Assembly: GCA_051313645.2 (NCBI GenBank)
Contig: JBNRSN020000010.1
Coordinates: forward strand, 117,676,001-117,740,000
Reading direction: 5' to 3'
Length of the DNA stretch: 64,000 bases
Origin: Centroscyllium fabricii
Lineage: Eukaryota
The translations under genes and the position numbers were made by a program. Of the stretch, positions 36,001-50,072 are shown piece after piece. Each line of letters begins with the position of its first letter. Position 1 is the first letter of the stretch. Under the pieces are notes generated by a model. The model was not told the DNA's origin, made no database searches, and saw only the letters and a list, made by a program, of their open reading frames with translations.

Positions 36001-39000
36001 CAGCAAGAGTATGTCATCCAAATATAGTTAAACTGGGGGGGGTGGGGGGGGACAGTTAAGCCCATGTCTCTGACCGACATCCCTCTGCATCAGTATATCA
36101 AAATGGATTGTTTGATATGATTCATTATTTATAGCATTTAAGCAGACCTAGCAACAGGAAATGTGGACATATTAAAAGCGCATTTGAATATGTTTGATGA
36201 GCTATTCAAATGCCCCGCAGGCCCGCAAGTTACTCAAAATAAGCCCCATTCCTGTTATCACTGTAGTTCTACTCGATAATGTGTTTGAGTTGGTTCATAC
36301 AGGAACTTTAGACAGCCACAGGTCATGTATCGCCAATTATTTTGCTTGCAATATTCAACCGACGTGAAACAAAGAATTGGCGAAGGCCACAGATCCGCAG
36401 AAGGCTGACAGCCCCTAATGGGAAACAGTTACACGCGGTACTTGTTTGAGATTGTTTGCGTCCAGTTGACATGTTGCTGCTTGTACCGGGCTTTTCAATT
36501 TCAATTTCCTATTTGCAAGTCATAGAGAGAATGACGAGGAACAATTTGTAATCCACGATCCTCCATTTAATTTCCTGTCAGCCTAATCAGGCTGCTTTCA
36601 CCCAAAGCTGCTTTGGTGGTTTGGTTGGCTGGATGCAATGCTCCTGTGGGTGGGGGAGGGGGGATAACTGATGATAACTCCTTGAAAGCAAATATCTCAA
36701 CTTTCATCACTTGTTTAAAAGCAGGCAGAGGATCGTGCATTGTATTGCTTCGTTCATGTGGGCTTGAGTTTTAATACAAGTTAAACGGTCTCTGACCAAA
36801 TTGATTTTGTGCAGTTATCCATATCACAAGGAACACGTTTTAATTTCGTCCCAGTTTAACTGTCTGAATGATTTTGCTGTTCCAGGCCCCAGTAAAAATC
36901 GTTATTAAATGGATTCAGGAGTATGGCACTGTGAGAAGAAAATAGAAAATGCTTGACTCTGGAATTGTAAATTGGAAGATCTCTAATGTGACCTTTCTCT
37001 AAGATTGGCGCACAGAGCTATTTTTTTGTTAAACATGAAATCAGTCTTTCCTTTCATTATCACAGGAATGGAGCATGTTACTATTTTCCTAATCACATTA
37101 TCCGTCTGAGCCAAGTCCATTTCAAAACCAAAGACTGTTTTGCTCGCCACGCTCTCTTAATGCAACAGACGTCTATTTACTTGGCGTGTCTCTTGAGCTC
37201 AGATATATTCTCTGTGCGTGTGTGTGTGTGTGTACGTCCCAGTTCCCGAAAGCTTTGGAGGTCTCAGTCGATACTAATGAAAAGTTTGAAAAATAATTAG
37301 ACTGTGCATTCATCAAAGCGACACGAATTATCATTGGAGCTCTGATAGTTAATAAATACGGACTGGCGACAGCTTGACGGCTCTGATGAGCGCTGTTGGA
37401 TTCAGCACCATGGCCAGCGCTGCAAACCCCGCTCTCTCATCCCCCTCCCCCAGTGCTCAATAGAGTGTTGAAGCATTAAAATGTTATAGCAATTATACGA
37501 CCTCCGTAACCCAGAATGCTCAGACCGTATCCAAGCGATTATATACAATCAATTACGGTGTTTAAATATTGCGTTTACGATCATTTAAATTAATGCTGTT
37601 CCAATGAAGGGATATCTGTGATAAATGTGCACTACCTTTCATCTTGCTGCTCCTACAATGCTGATTCCAGCAGAGGTTTGCTTATATTTGGTGCTGAAAC
37701 CAAAGTCTTTATAGAGATAGTTTTCCTTATTCCATCAGGATATTTCTCCCAATTGCAACTCATATGTTAATCCAATTCATCGTTATCCCCTCTACTCATA
37801 TAGACATCTTTATGCATTCATCTAGCTCCGATTGGAACATGACCATGAAACTGACTAATAGTAAAATAAAACGGAATTCTGCAGGCCAGACTAAGAAATG
37901 GACAAGGAGTGCCATGGTGAGACAGCGAGAAGGCCAATGAAAATTCGTGAATGAGAGAGGGAGAGCAACAGGAAATCGGAGAGAGAGAAAACAGAATGTC
38001 AGAGTTAAGAGATGAAGAGTGAAGCTGGCGAGAATGACAACAGTTGGAAGGTGTGATTTGAAAATGAGTACAGAAACAATGAGAAAGATGGACAGGGGAG
38101 GATGGGATAGGAAGGGAGCAGCCCAGAGAATGACTGAGGGACAGGGGAGCGAGCAAAATTAAAGCAGATTAAAGCAGAGCCTGGAAAAGTATTTAAGAAG
38201 AAGCGAGTCTGGCAGTGAAGAGATCTAGAAAGCAGAAGAGCAATCAAAGGTTGAGTTCTTTTCATTCGATTCATTGTTTTATTTATTATGGCAACATCGT
38301 TATTCCTATGTTTTTTGTAATATTATTATTAGTATACTGTACGTAAATTATGGACAATTGTTATTTTTGTTGCATTCACATCGTGCATAAGGCAAACAGA
38401 TTGTTTTGGTTTGCAGAAGCTATAATGAAATCGTTTGGTGGAATTTCGAAATGAGCCAATGGAAGGTGTGAGATATAAACAATGTGAGCTCGGAAAAACT
38501 GAAAACTAATTGTGAAATCATTTTGAGATAAAGAGATTAGGAATAATATCTGGACACTTTCAGAAAAGGAGAACCTGATTAAATCTCAATAAATAATTGA
38601 AAAGGCGCTGCAGACAGAATGGAATGGATTTGATCCTTAACTGGTTTTAGGGTTGTCACGAAGCTTTTAGAAAGAAGACTTGCCACTATAATTACTTGGC
38701 TAGGGAGATGGACCGGAATATGAGATAAAGCAATTTACACTTAGCAAAGGGAAAGACTGAAAAGTATTGCACATTAAGTACCCAGTGGGAGACACATTTC
38801 CATGGCCAGGAGGATGCCAGATGAGCTGGTCTCAAGCTCCTACTGATCTTGCAAAATTTTCCAATTGGATATCAGTCTGTTTAGTGCTTTCTTCTGACAT
38901 CTTTACCATTGTCGGGAATTCACTATATGGTGAATTATCAGTGCAAACTAAGCGATAGCACATTAGTACAACACCATGTTTTAATCCATCAGTACATGCA

Positions 39001-39344
39001 TAAATTTAAAACAGAAATAGACCGTTTCCTAGTAGTAAAAGGGGCGGGGAGCGGGCAGGAATTTGGACATTAGTCTAGGTTCGGATCGGCCATGGCCCTG
39101 TGGGTAGTGGAGTGGGCCCAAGGACCGTGTAGCCTGATCCTGCTCCTATTTCGTGTGTCTAATTCTGTTAGATTCAGGAGATGGTTCTGTGATAGTAGAT
39201 TGGTGGTTAGGATCAGATCAGCCATGATCTTATTGAATGGCAGAGCAGGCTCGAGGGGCCGAGTGGCCTACTCCTGCTCCTATTTCTTATGTTCTTAGTA
39301 CACATTGACAAATATAAAATGAAACTTGACATTCCTTTTCTTTT

Positions 39345-39712
39345 TTTAGGATGTAAATGTCACTGGCAAGGCCAGTATTTATTGTCCATTCTGAGTTGCC
39401 CTAAGAAGGTAGCAGTGGGCCTTCATCTTAGAATCATAGATCTTGAACCACTATTCTTTGTAACAGTTTTTTGAAACAATGCCCTTTAGAGCCAGCCGCG
39501 TTGGTGCGGGACTGGAGTTACTATAAGCCAGTTTCCTTCCCGACAGGGTTTTTAATGGCAATCCAACACCTTCGTGCTCACTTTTACTGATACCAGCTTT
39601 ATATTTCCATATTTTTAAACCGAATTCAAATGCTCAAACTGCCATGCGTGGGATTTGAACCCACTTTCTACTAGATTAGTAATCTAGCAAGCTAACCACT
39701 ACACTACCGTGT
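39345..39712 (-). mobile_element. Old tRNA-derived SINE
   Basis: Reverse-strand head GGTAGTGTAGTGGTTAGC...GGGTTCAAATCCCAC and an A-rich end. Confidence 0.5.
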
Positions 39713-41182
39713 CCTGTTTATCATTACATCTTTTTAGTGAATTGGAAATAGTAGTAATTCAAAAATCACACCTAACTTTAAGCACAGGTGATACACATCA
39801 TAGATAAGCCAATCCCTAGGCATAAGACAAAGCAACTGAACAGACCTATAAAGAAAAGGCAAATGGACAAAAAGTATCAAAAGTCAAGAACCACAGGGAA
39901 TGAAAGTTGAATATAAAAAGCAGTTGAAAGTGGACAAATTTAGGATAAAAGAAGACCCCAAGGTGTAAAGGGGAATGTGAATTGTTATTTGTTTGATCTG
40001 TTCATAACAGACAAAAGGTTTGAGAACACCGGTGGGCCTCTAAGGGATGAAATTGCCAGAGTAGTTATAGAAAATCAGGAATGGTAGAATTTTCATTTTT
40101 AGTGGAATCTTCACAAAAACAGACAGTAGGATTATCATGGATCCATTAACAAGATGTTTGGAGTATCAGGGGAATGTGTCGAGAAGCCAATTAATAATGG
40201 AGAAATACTTATTTAAAAAAGCTGGAGGCAAAGAGGGTAGATAAGGCAGCAAGAGCTTGTAACATGCACATAGAGATTCCTAAGGATGTATAGGAGGATT
40301 GGAGGATTGGGGAAGTTTGGCAAATATAGTCAGTATTAGTAATTATATAAAATTGGAGAAAAACCAGAGGACTTAAAATGTTAAATATTGTATCAATGTA
40401 TCTTTAAAAACACATTTTATTTTGTTTTGTCTTCTTTATGTCCCCTTATGCCATGCACCAATCCTCACCCAAATGATTGCTCCCAGGGTCTTTATAAATG
40501 CCATTCTCTCACTAGCCATGAGTCCCGAATTACTCACTTTTAATTCTCCCTCCTTACCTTTGGGGGAAGCATCCCAAGACCACCTCTTGCCAACCTTTAA
40601 CAGCACAGTTAAAATCAGTAACTTTTTTCCCACTCCATTTTTCTTTCTTTTAATTTTATAAGAAGGAGTAATAATCATGCGATTTACGCTAAACTATTCA
40701 CCAGGTTAAAAATAGTCTCATGCATTGCTACAAAACACGTTTTGAATTGGCAGATATTAAACATAAACTAAGCCAAAGTAGCTATTTTATTTAATTACAG
40801 CAAAATGAAAATAGACACAAAAAATTCAGCAAATACAAGAAGTGTAATATATAACCAAATGTAAACACGCAACAAGAAAAGTCAATAATGAGTCCATTAC
40901 CCTTGAAAAATTCTTCAACTCGAAAATTAAAAAAACATTTTAGTTTCAGAAAATACTGATTACTGGATTCAGTTGGTTCCTTTTCTCATACAACTTTCAA
41001 TAACAGCATGCCATCATACAGTGGCCCTCAAGTAGAGAACAACTGAATTAATCACCAGAATTTCAAAACAACTGTTGAACCATGTACTGATAGAGGTTTA
41101 CAGCATTTGGCCCATTGTGTCTGTACCAACTCTTCACCAGAGCAATCCAATACTAATCCTGCTGCCCTACTTTATTCTCATA

Positions 41183-42020
41183 GGGGGGAAAATTGGGTAT
41201 TGCCCATTTTGGGGCGCTAATATTGGTCGGGCGCAAAGTTTAGTGCCTGCCGCTAATTATCACCTCCGACTGCAAAATTCGCCTCTATTGCCCCTGGAGG
41301 TAATTTGAGCGCTAAATCAAGCATGACACGCCTCTCTTAAGGTGCAAACGTCAGGGAGCGAGGCGCTACCTCAGAACACTATCGAAGATCAGGCAATGCC
41401 AGTTACTATGGAAGCCAGACAGACTGGTACCATCCAGTTCTTAAAGGGGAGGGGCCCTCTTGCTGGCCAGCCAACCCTACTCATTGCAGCCTTGAATCTC
41501 AGCCTGGAGAGACCTCTAAAGCAATTTGTTAGAAGCACTAATGGATAGGCCCAGGGAAAGAGCTCAGCGCTTAGGAACCTCAAGTGGTGCTGAGGGCCAA
41601 AACTCCTTAGGACAGCATTAAATCTCTCCAGACATCTCTCTCACTCTCAACTGCATGTAGCAAAAGCTTTGCCAACAAGAAAAGGCAGGAAGTACCCGCC
41701 TGTAAATAGCGCTCCCCCAGCTCCTTCTCGACTTGAAAACGTTCCCCTCTACCTGTCATTCCTAGCGGCAGGTGCTGAGGCAGGGGGGCGAGAATCAATA
41801 TCCGGTCCGGGGTACTACCAGGGTGTTGCACGCTCGACTGACATCATGATCTGTGGGCGCAGGAGATAGTGGTGGTAGTGTTTAGCAGCGCCGCAAAAAG
41901 GACTGGTCAATTTCGCACACGGAGCTAAAAATCGCCACGCTCAGGCACTAAGTTCCTAGCACCCCGTTAGCGTCCCCGGAGGCGCTAACAGGAGGCACTA
42001 ACCAACCAAATTTTTCCCCC
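41183..42020. mobile_element. Non-autonomous Harbinger-type element
   Basis: GGGGGGAAAATTGG / CCAAATTTTTTCCCCC with an exact ATA duplication. Interrupts an old CR1 3' region. Confidence 0.8.
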
Positions 42021-42044
42021 ATAGCCTTGTATGTTCATTTGATT

Positions 42045-42800
42045 TAAATATCCATCCACTTTCTCTTAAAAGGTGCAATGATCTCTGCCTCCGCTATTCC
42101 CCATGGCAAAGGAATCCACGCTTCAACAACTCCCTGATAAAGTCATTTCTCCTAACTGTTCTCACCACCCCCTTATTGACTATATTAAATTGATGACTCC
42201 TCATCACTGACTGCCAACCAGAATAAGTAGTCCATCCTTATTCACCCTATCAAGACCTCTATTGAATCTCCTCTTAGCCTTCTCTGCTCCAGTGGAAATA
42301 GTCCCAGTATCTAAAGTCTCTCCTCATAACTATAGTTTCCTATCCCTGCCAACATCCCGAGGAATCCATGTCTTCTATGGTTTTAATTACTTTTTTTATA
42401 ATGAAACACCCAAAACTACACACTGTACTCCAACTGTGGCCTGACCAATGCCTTGTATAAATGAATCATTGTCTATTCTTATATCCTATGCTCCTGTTTA
42501 TGAAACTCAAAATGCTATTGGATTTTTTCAAGGCTTTATCTACCTAAGTTTGCACTTTCAAGGATTTTAATTAAGTATTTAACCCCTAGGTGTCTCTGTT
42601 CATCAATACCCTTCTGTATCTTTCAATTGAGGTTGGACTCACCTTCCATATTTTCCTGCCAAAATGTATTACTTCACACTTTTCCTCATTTGATTGCATC
42701 TGCCATCTGTTTGCCCATTCCACTAACTTGTGTATATCCTCCTGAGGTCTTTTACAGTTCTTTTCCAAAACCCTACCCTACTTTTGCATCATCGGCACAG
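42045..42800 (-). mobile_element. Old degenerate CR1 RT/3' fragment
   Basis: EWANRWQMQSNEEKCEVIHFGRK and a KFADDAK-like remnant. Confidence 0.6.
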
Positions 42801-42814
42801 TTTGATATTGTACT

Positions 42815-43140
42815 CAAACAAAAGCAAAATATTGTGGATGCTGGAAATCTGAAATAAAAACAGAAAATGCTAGAACTACTCAGCAGGTCAGGCAGCAACT
42901 GTGGAGAGAGAAACAGAGTTAACATTTCAGGTCGATGACCCTTCATCAGAAGTGGAAAAAAGTTAGAGATGTAACAGATTTTTAAGCAAGTGCAGGGGCA
43001 GGGAAGGGGGGAAGGGAGGTCTGTGATAGGATGGAAGGCACGGCAAAAGGAGATGGTAATGGGACAAGTTAAGAAACAAAAGATGAGTCTCAAAGAAGTG
43101 TAAATGGGAATGGCAGAATCATCTACAGCTGCTATTGTGC
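42815..43140 (-). mobile_element. Penelope-like 3' UTR fragment
   Basis: Same UTR and tail as 50690-50900, including the hammerhead motif. Confidence 0.75.
42917..42953 (-). ncRNA. Minimal hammerhead motif, partly decayed
   Basis: ACTT-CTGATGA-A-GGGTC-ATC-GACCT-GAAA-TGT-T-AACT. One stem I mismatch; stem III AUGU. Confidence 0.5.
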
Positions 43141-43408
43141 CATTGCCAGTTGATTTTGTACTACCTATGCCCAAGTCCAACCCATCTATGTCTACTGAGA
43201 ACAAAACATTGACCCTTTTAGTGCACTATTTCCAACCCTTCGCCAATCTCAGCAACATCCCATGCCCATTGGATCAGAGACCACATGTAATATGTTAACT
43301 ACTGCCCCTGCTATCAGTTAACTCCATATAACCCAGGAATCAAATTGGAGAAGCTCTGGTTTGTATGTCTTAGTGTTATACTGAGCAGAGCCGTTACACA
43401 CTAAATGA

Positions 43409-43724
43409 ACATAGAATCCATAGAATCCCTACAGTGCAGATAGAGGCCATTTCGGCCCATCGAGCCTGCACCGACACATATCCCACCCTATCCCCATAAC
43501 CCCACATATTTAATCCCCCTAACACTAAGGGTCAATTTATCATGGCTAATCAACCTAACCCGCACATCTTTGGACTGTGGGAGGAAACCGGAGCACCCGG
43601 AGGAAACCCACGCAGACACGGGGAGAATGTGCAAACTCCACACAGATAGTACCCGAGGCCGGATTTGAACCCGCACCCCTGGCATTGTGAGGCAACAGTG
43701 CTAACCACTATACCACCGTGCCGC
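43409..43724 (-). mobile_element. HE1-like V-SINE, tail-A type
   Basis: Same head and core as the other copies, with a (GATTCTAT)n end. Confidence 0.88.
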
Positions 43725-44139
43725 CTTCCAAAATCAGAAATTCACCATTGAAGGGGGATTACAAATACAAAGGCTGTCCTACCATGAATCATCTTGCTGC
43801 ATCATCTGTTCAATGATTTTTAAGAATGGGCAGAGGAATGACTCTTGAAATTATTGGTTGGTTAACTTGACATCAGCAGTAGCATAAATATGAAAGCACA
43901 GAAAGGTGTACATCATGAATACAAATTTATTTTGCAGATGCAACTGAACTGCTACTGCACCACAGTCCTATCCCTAGTGCAAAGCAATCACTGAGCTTAC
44001 AGACTGCCCTAAGCAATTTATCAAATTAGAAAATCTCTATCAGTGTTGCCTTACTGTAGCAGGGGAATGGTTGGAGGGATTCGGGCCATCACTTGTTCCT
44101 GTGCTGATGATGACTTTTTCTAATGTGAGTGTTTTTTCC

Positions 44140-44830
44140 CCGTTGGCGTTCAGAAGAATGAGAGGCGATCTTATTGAAACATATATGATTGCGAAGGGGC
44201 TTGATCAGGTGGATGTGGTGACGATGTTTCCAATGGTGGGTGAAACTAGAACGAGGGAGCATAGTCTTAGAATAGGGGGCTGCCCGTTCAAAACTGAGAT
44301 GAGGAGAAACTTCTTCACTCAGAGGGTGGTAGGTCTGTGGAATTTGCTGCCCCAGAGAGCTGTGGAAGCTACAACATTGAATAAACTTAAAAACAGAGAT
44401 AGACAGTTTCCTAGAAGTAAAGGGAATTAGGGGTTACGGTGAGCGGGCAGGTAAGTGGACGTGAGCCTAGGTTCGGATTGGCCATGGTCCTGTGGGTGGT
44501 GGGGCGGGCCCAGGGGCCATGTGGCCTGGTCACCTCTTACAGAAGGTAGGTTCTGCAGGAAATTCAGGGCCAGAGTGATCTCCTGGATGAGTTTCGATCA
44601 TCTAGAGAGTCAGAGAGGAATTTCCCAGATTTTTTCTCCCAAATTGGCCATTGGGTTTTTTATCTGATTTTTCGCCTCTCCCGGGAGATCACATGGGTTC
44701 GGGTGGAATGGAGAGTGAAAGTAGATTTGAGGTTAGGATCAGATCAGCCATGATCTTGTAGAATGGCGGTGCAGGTTCGAGGGGCCGATTGGCCTACTCC
44801 CGCTCCTATTTCTTATGTTTCTTATGTTCT
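44140..44830 (+). mobile_element. CR1 3' end with an extended, double-tail UTR
   Basis: RRMRGDLIETY...FFTQRVVGLWNLLP. A similar UTR arrangement occurs at 39000-39296. Confidence 0.75.
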
Positions 44831-46302
44831 TATGGATGAGCAAGTTGTATGTTAAGAAGCTGAAAGACACCAAGCTGCAGCAAGCACTGTCGTTGCAGGG
44901 CCCCAGTAACCATGACCTGAAGGCCACGTTCACCCAGTGGCTCCAGGAGGTGCTTGGTGCTTAGGTGCAGTCCAGGGAAAGAGGGGAGGTGACTGAAGAC
45001 AACAAAGAAGAGGAGAATAAGTCCAAGTAGCCCAGCAGTCAGTTATACAGAGGCCCTTGCAATCATTTGCACATATGCAGGAGGGCCAGCTCCACACATC
45101 CTTTAGAGTTAATTGTCTTTTATGCATCAGTGTCAACAGAGATCTTCACACTACTAGCAAGACAATGGTTGCTAAAAAACCCTCCTCCAAATCAGACTGA
45201 AATACCTGACAAAGATCTAATATTTGTGTTACTGGCACAGTTAGCCAGTCTTTGAGCATTAGAACGCTGAAATGGTGTTTGTAAGAATATTGCTAGAAAC
45301 TACAGAATCTTAGAATTTGCAGCACAGAAGGAAGCCATTTGGCCCATCATGCCAGTGCCGGTGCTAGCTCTTCAACTGGAGCGATCTACTCTTACCTCAT
45401 TTTCCTACTACAGGATGATAGAAATTACAGCACAGAATGAGGCAATTCTTACTTGATGGTGCTGCAATTAAGTCTGTCCTCTTATTTCACCAGTTCCCAA
45501 TAAACATTTCAGAAGATTTGCTTGTATGTTTCATGTCCTGATAAATGTATTTTATAAATGCTCTGTCCTCACTTTAGACAAGTATCTCAGAAGGTCTGCA
45601 CTATCTTCATAATTTTATTTACTCAAAACACTCCACAAGATGTACTCCCTTTTTAAGATATTCTGGATATATCCACGATTTTTGTCACAATACTTTAGAC
45701 ATTAGCAAATGATGGACAGTAGAATTTTGTGAGGATGCACACTAACCATTAAACTGGCATCTATAGCTATCAGAAATAGTATATATGATAGATGGTGGGG
45801 GAGGAAACCACGCAGCCCTATATAGCTTAATTTCCAAAACCCATTTCCCAAAGGAAATAAGAGACAGATTGCAAAGGTTGGGGACAAGTCATGAATTGGG
45901 TCAAAAACTAACTTAACCCTTTGCCTGCTCCATATGGATTTCTATCGTATATTCAAATGGATGTTCAGACCTTTCAGCAGCTTCCATTTGAGTTTGGATA
46001 GAAATTCAGGGTAGTCCCTGAGGCTTATCTCTTTGACTGACACTTTTCACAATCTACATAAACAACCTGGATAAATAGAGCAACATTGAATTGCTACATT
46101 GGCTAAAGACACATATTTTTCAGGCTAACAAAATATGTGGCCAGGTAGATATTATTTGAAAGAAATGCTCAGCATTTGGGCCGATGATGGTCAAGTGTGT
46201 CCTCTAACACAGTTTGAAAAATATTTAATTACAGATGAATGGTCTTGATTAGATAAAAATGGTGGGGCAGAACATTTAGATGTACATGCTAACCCGTCCT
46301 TA

Positions 46303-48877
46303 GGAATAGGAAGGGGGCGGTAACGTTAGTGGGAGTCTTTTATAGACCACCAAATAGTAACAGGGAGGTGGAGGAGGAAATTGCGCGACAAATAAAGGAA
46401 AGATGTGGGGGACAGAGGGTAGTTATAATGGGAGATTTCAATTTCCCTAATATAGACTGGAATCTAGGTAGGTCAAAGAGTGCAGAGGGAGAGATTTTCT
46501 TACAATGCGTACAGGAAGGTTTCCTGACACAATACGTGGAGGAACCAACAAGGGCGGGGGGCAACGTTGGACCTGGTTCTGGGAAATGAACCAGGCCAAG
46601 TGGTAGAACTGGGGGTAAGGGAGCACTTTGGGGACAGTGACCACAACTCGGTGACGTTCACAATAGTAATGGAGAAGGATAGGAGCATGAGGCAGGGTAA
46701 GGTATACAGCTGGGGGAGGGGAAATTACGACAGGGTTAGGCACGATTTAGCTAACACCAATTGGGAACGGGAACTTGCTGGGAGAGGAACGGAAGAAAAA
46801 TGGAGAGTGTTCAGGGAGCAAATTATGAAAGCCCTGGATAAGCATGTCCCGAGTAGGATGGGAAGCAAGGGTAAGAGGAGAGAACCATGGATCACGAAAG
46901 AGGTAGAACAATTAGTAAAAAAGAAGAAGGAAGCATATGATAGAATGAGAAAACAGAGTACAGAAGGGGCGGGAAGGGAGTACAAAGAAGCAAGGAAAAA
47001 TCTGAAGAATGGGCTAAGGAAGGCAAAGGGAGGGCATGAGAAGGCATTAGCGGGAAGGATAAAGGAGAACCCTAAGGCTTTCTATGCTTACGTGAGAAAT
47101 AAAAGGATGACTAGGGTAAAAGTAGGGCCGATCAAAGACAGCAAGGGAGAAATGTGCACGGAGCCAGAGGAAATTGGGGAAGCACTAAATGAATATTTTG
47201 CGTCCGTGTTCACAAGGGAGAGGGAACTAAAAGTAGAGGGGGAGTTCAAGATACAAGGGGAAAGGATGGGGGAAGTAAATATTCAGAGGGGGGAGGTATT
47301 AGATATTTTGGAGAAACTGAAGGTAGACAAATCTCCTGGGCCGGACGGGATATATCCAAGGATTCTCTGGGAGGCGAGGAACGAAATCGCAGAGCCACTG
47401 ACCTCTATCTTTAGATCATCGCTATCCTCGGGGATAGTCCCTAAGGACTGGAGAGAGGCGAATGTGGCTCCCATATTTAAAAAGGGGAGCAGGGACGTGC
47501 CAGGGAACTACAGACCAGTCAGCCTCACCTCAGTGGTCGGAAAGGTGATGGAAAGGGTCCTGAGGGACAGGATCTACGACCATCTGGAAAGGGGCGAATT
47601 AATCAGAAGCAGTCAGCACAGATTCGGTAAGGGCAAATCGTGCCTGACCAACCTGATTGAATTCTTTGAAGAGGTGACCAAGAGTGTGGACGAGGGAAAG
47701 GCGGTTGATGTCATATATATGGACTTCAGCAAGGCGTTCGACAAGGTCCCGCACGGTCGGCTCATGAGGAAAGTAAGGAGTTGCGGGGTAAGCAACAAAG
47801 TGGTGGGATGGATTGAGAACTGGCTGGCTCAGAGGAAGCAGAGGGTAGTGGTAGAAGGCCAATACTCGGGCTGGAGACTGGTCACCAGTGGGGTACCACA
47901 GGGGTCGGTGTTGGGGCCACTACTGTTTGTAATCTTCATCAATGACTTGGAGGAGGGGACTGAGGGGTGGGTCAGCAAATTTGCGGATGACACAAAGATT
48001 GGGGGAGAAGTGGATGAGGAGGAAGGAAGTAGAAAGATTCAGAGGGATATAGATAGGATGCAGAGCTGGGCTGAAGAATGGCAAATGGAGTTCAACACGG
48101 GGAAATGCGAGGTGATGCACTTCGGTAGGGCAAATAGGAAGAGGGAATATAGGGTCAACGGCAGGGTCCTGAGTGAAGCAGAGGAGCAAAGGGATCTGGG
48201 AGTATATGTACACAGATCACTGAAGGCTGCCACCCAGGTGGACAAGGCAGTAAAAAAGGCCTATGGTGTATTGGCCTTCATCAACAGGGGAATAGAGTTT
48301 AAGAACCGGGAGGTCATGCTGCAGCTGTACAGGTCGTGAGACCACACGTGGAGTACTGTGTGCAGTTCTGGGCACCATACTACAGGAGGGATGTGGAGGC
48401 GCTGGAGAGAGTGCAGAGGAGATTCACCAGGATGCTGCCGGGAATGGGGGGAAAGTCATACGAGGAACGGTTAAGGGAACTGGGACTCTTCTCCCTGGAA
48501 CGGAGAAGGAAGAGGGGGGACTTGATAGAGATGTTTAAAATGATGAAGGGGATCGATAGAGTAAACGTGCAAAGACTGTTTCCCCGGGTGGGAAGAACGA
48601 CAACAAGAGGACACGAGCACAAGATTCAAGGAGGAAGATTCAGAAGGGATGGCAGGGGCAAGTTCTTTACACAGAGAGTGGTCGGGGAATGGAATAGGCT
48701 ACCATCTGAAATAGTGGATGCGGACAGTCTGGGTGCTTTTAAAAGGATGATAGACAGGTACATGGAGGGGAAGGAACAGTAGGGGGGACAGGAAAAATCA
48801 GAGACGGACTAAGGGCGGCACTACATTGAGGGCCCAAGGGCCTGTACAGTGCTGTATGTTCTATGTTCTATGTTCTA
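46303..48877 (+). mobile_element. 5'-truncated CR1 (HER1-like) LINE: APE endonuclease C-terminal half plus RT
   Basis: GVFYRPP, MGDFNFPNIDW, SDHN, NYRPVSLTS, YMDFSKAFDKVPH, GVPQGSVLGP, KFADDTK. Two frameshifts (~46555, ~48336). 3' GGGCC..GGGCC motif and (TTCTATG)n tail. Confidence 0.95.
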
Positions 48878-49319
48878 CATCAGCAGTGAGAGATTGCTGA
48901 AAACAAGGGAAACTGAATATGACCTGAAGGATGTAGTCCAAATTCAGTGCATTAGTAATATTGCATTTAGTTTTGGACAGCACTGTCACCAAAGATGATT
49001 GTAGATTTTAGAAAAGAAGGATAAGTATTATTTCTAGGGTTGTATCACTGTGCTATAGACTACCAGAAAAGAGCAAAATAAAGGGCCAGATAAATACTCC
49101 AGTTTTATTTTCTCAATGAGATAAATCGGGAATGCAGTGGTACAGCATGGTGGCACCAGTATGGTGCTATGGTGTGAAAGGGAAAACTAGTTCAATTTGG
49201 GAGGTCTGGGAGAGACTAGCAAGGGAAAAAACTGAGGTACAGTAATCAGAGGGCATGTATCCTCAAAATTAAAATAATTAGTGACTGGAGTAGATAAAGT
49301 GAAAGCTGATAAATTCTAC

Positions 49320-50072
49320 GGGGGAGAAATTCGGTGGCTTGCGCCAGCCGTTAGTTCCCTCAGAGGGCTGCTAATGGGATGCAAGCATTGCCTGGCGCCT
49401 CCCACGATATTCAGTGGGGTGCTGGTGTGTGCAGAAGCCGGTAGCGCCCCGCGGCTCCACGCCGCTGGGGATGACATCATCAGATTGCGCAGTGACCCTC
49501 TCACGCCCAGGGCGTGAATTGAGTCGTGCCCGCTGACGTTCCACCTGACGCTGCCCATGACAGCTTCAGGCTGTTGTACATGCAGCGGGGGAGTGCTGCT
49601 TAAAGGGGAGGGTGCCGGGCAGCCATTTTTGTTGCTGGCCGACTGCTAGCACCTTCCCCCTCTGCCGTCCCTGGCCTCCCCCACTGCCCCCCCACCCCGC
49701 GGTGTGCTGCCTCTGCTCACTGAGCCCGGCACTTCCCTCGAGTGCTGGGCTCCTTCGGCGGCATGGCGTCCCATGGCGGCCCCGCGGGGCTCTAACTGAA
49801 ACCACGCTAGGCCCCTCCCCTTTAATCAGGGGAGGAAGGCCTGCAGTACCGTGGCGCTGCACTCTGTGTAGCATGGCGCTTCAGCGCACAGCGCCGGAAA
49901 TTCGGTTGTAGCGCCTAAAGAACGAGGTCAGGCGCCTGCAGTAGCACCCGACCTCCTACTATGGGCGCTACAACCGAATATCACGAGGAACGGTGCCAGC
50001 GTTAGGCGGGTGCTAAAAGTAGCGCTGCGCCGAGGTTAGCGCCCAAAAATGGGTGCCACCGAATTTCTCCCC
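49320..50072. mobile_element. Non-autonomous Harbinger-type element
   Basis: GGGGGAGAAATTCGGTGGC / GCCACCGAATTTCTCCCC TIRs; flanks TAC/TAA. Confidence 0.85.

Noticed and set aside
37890-38250. Purine-rich GA stretch with a 112-aa minus-strand ORF
   Set aside because: Low complexity, with no splice or domain support.
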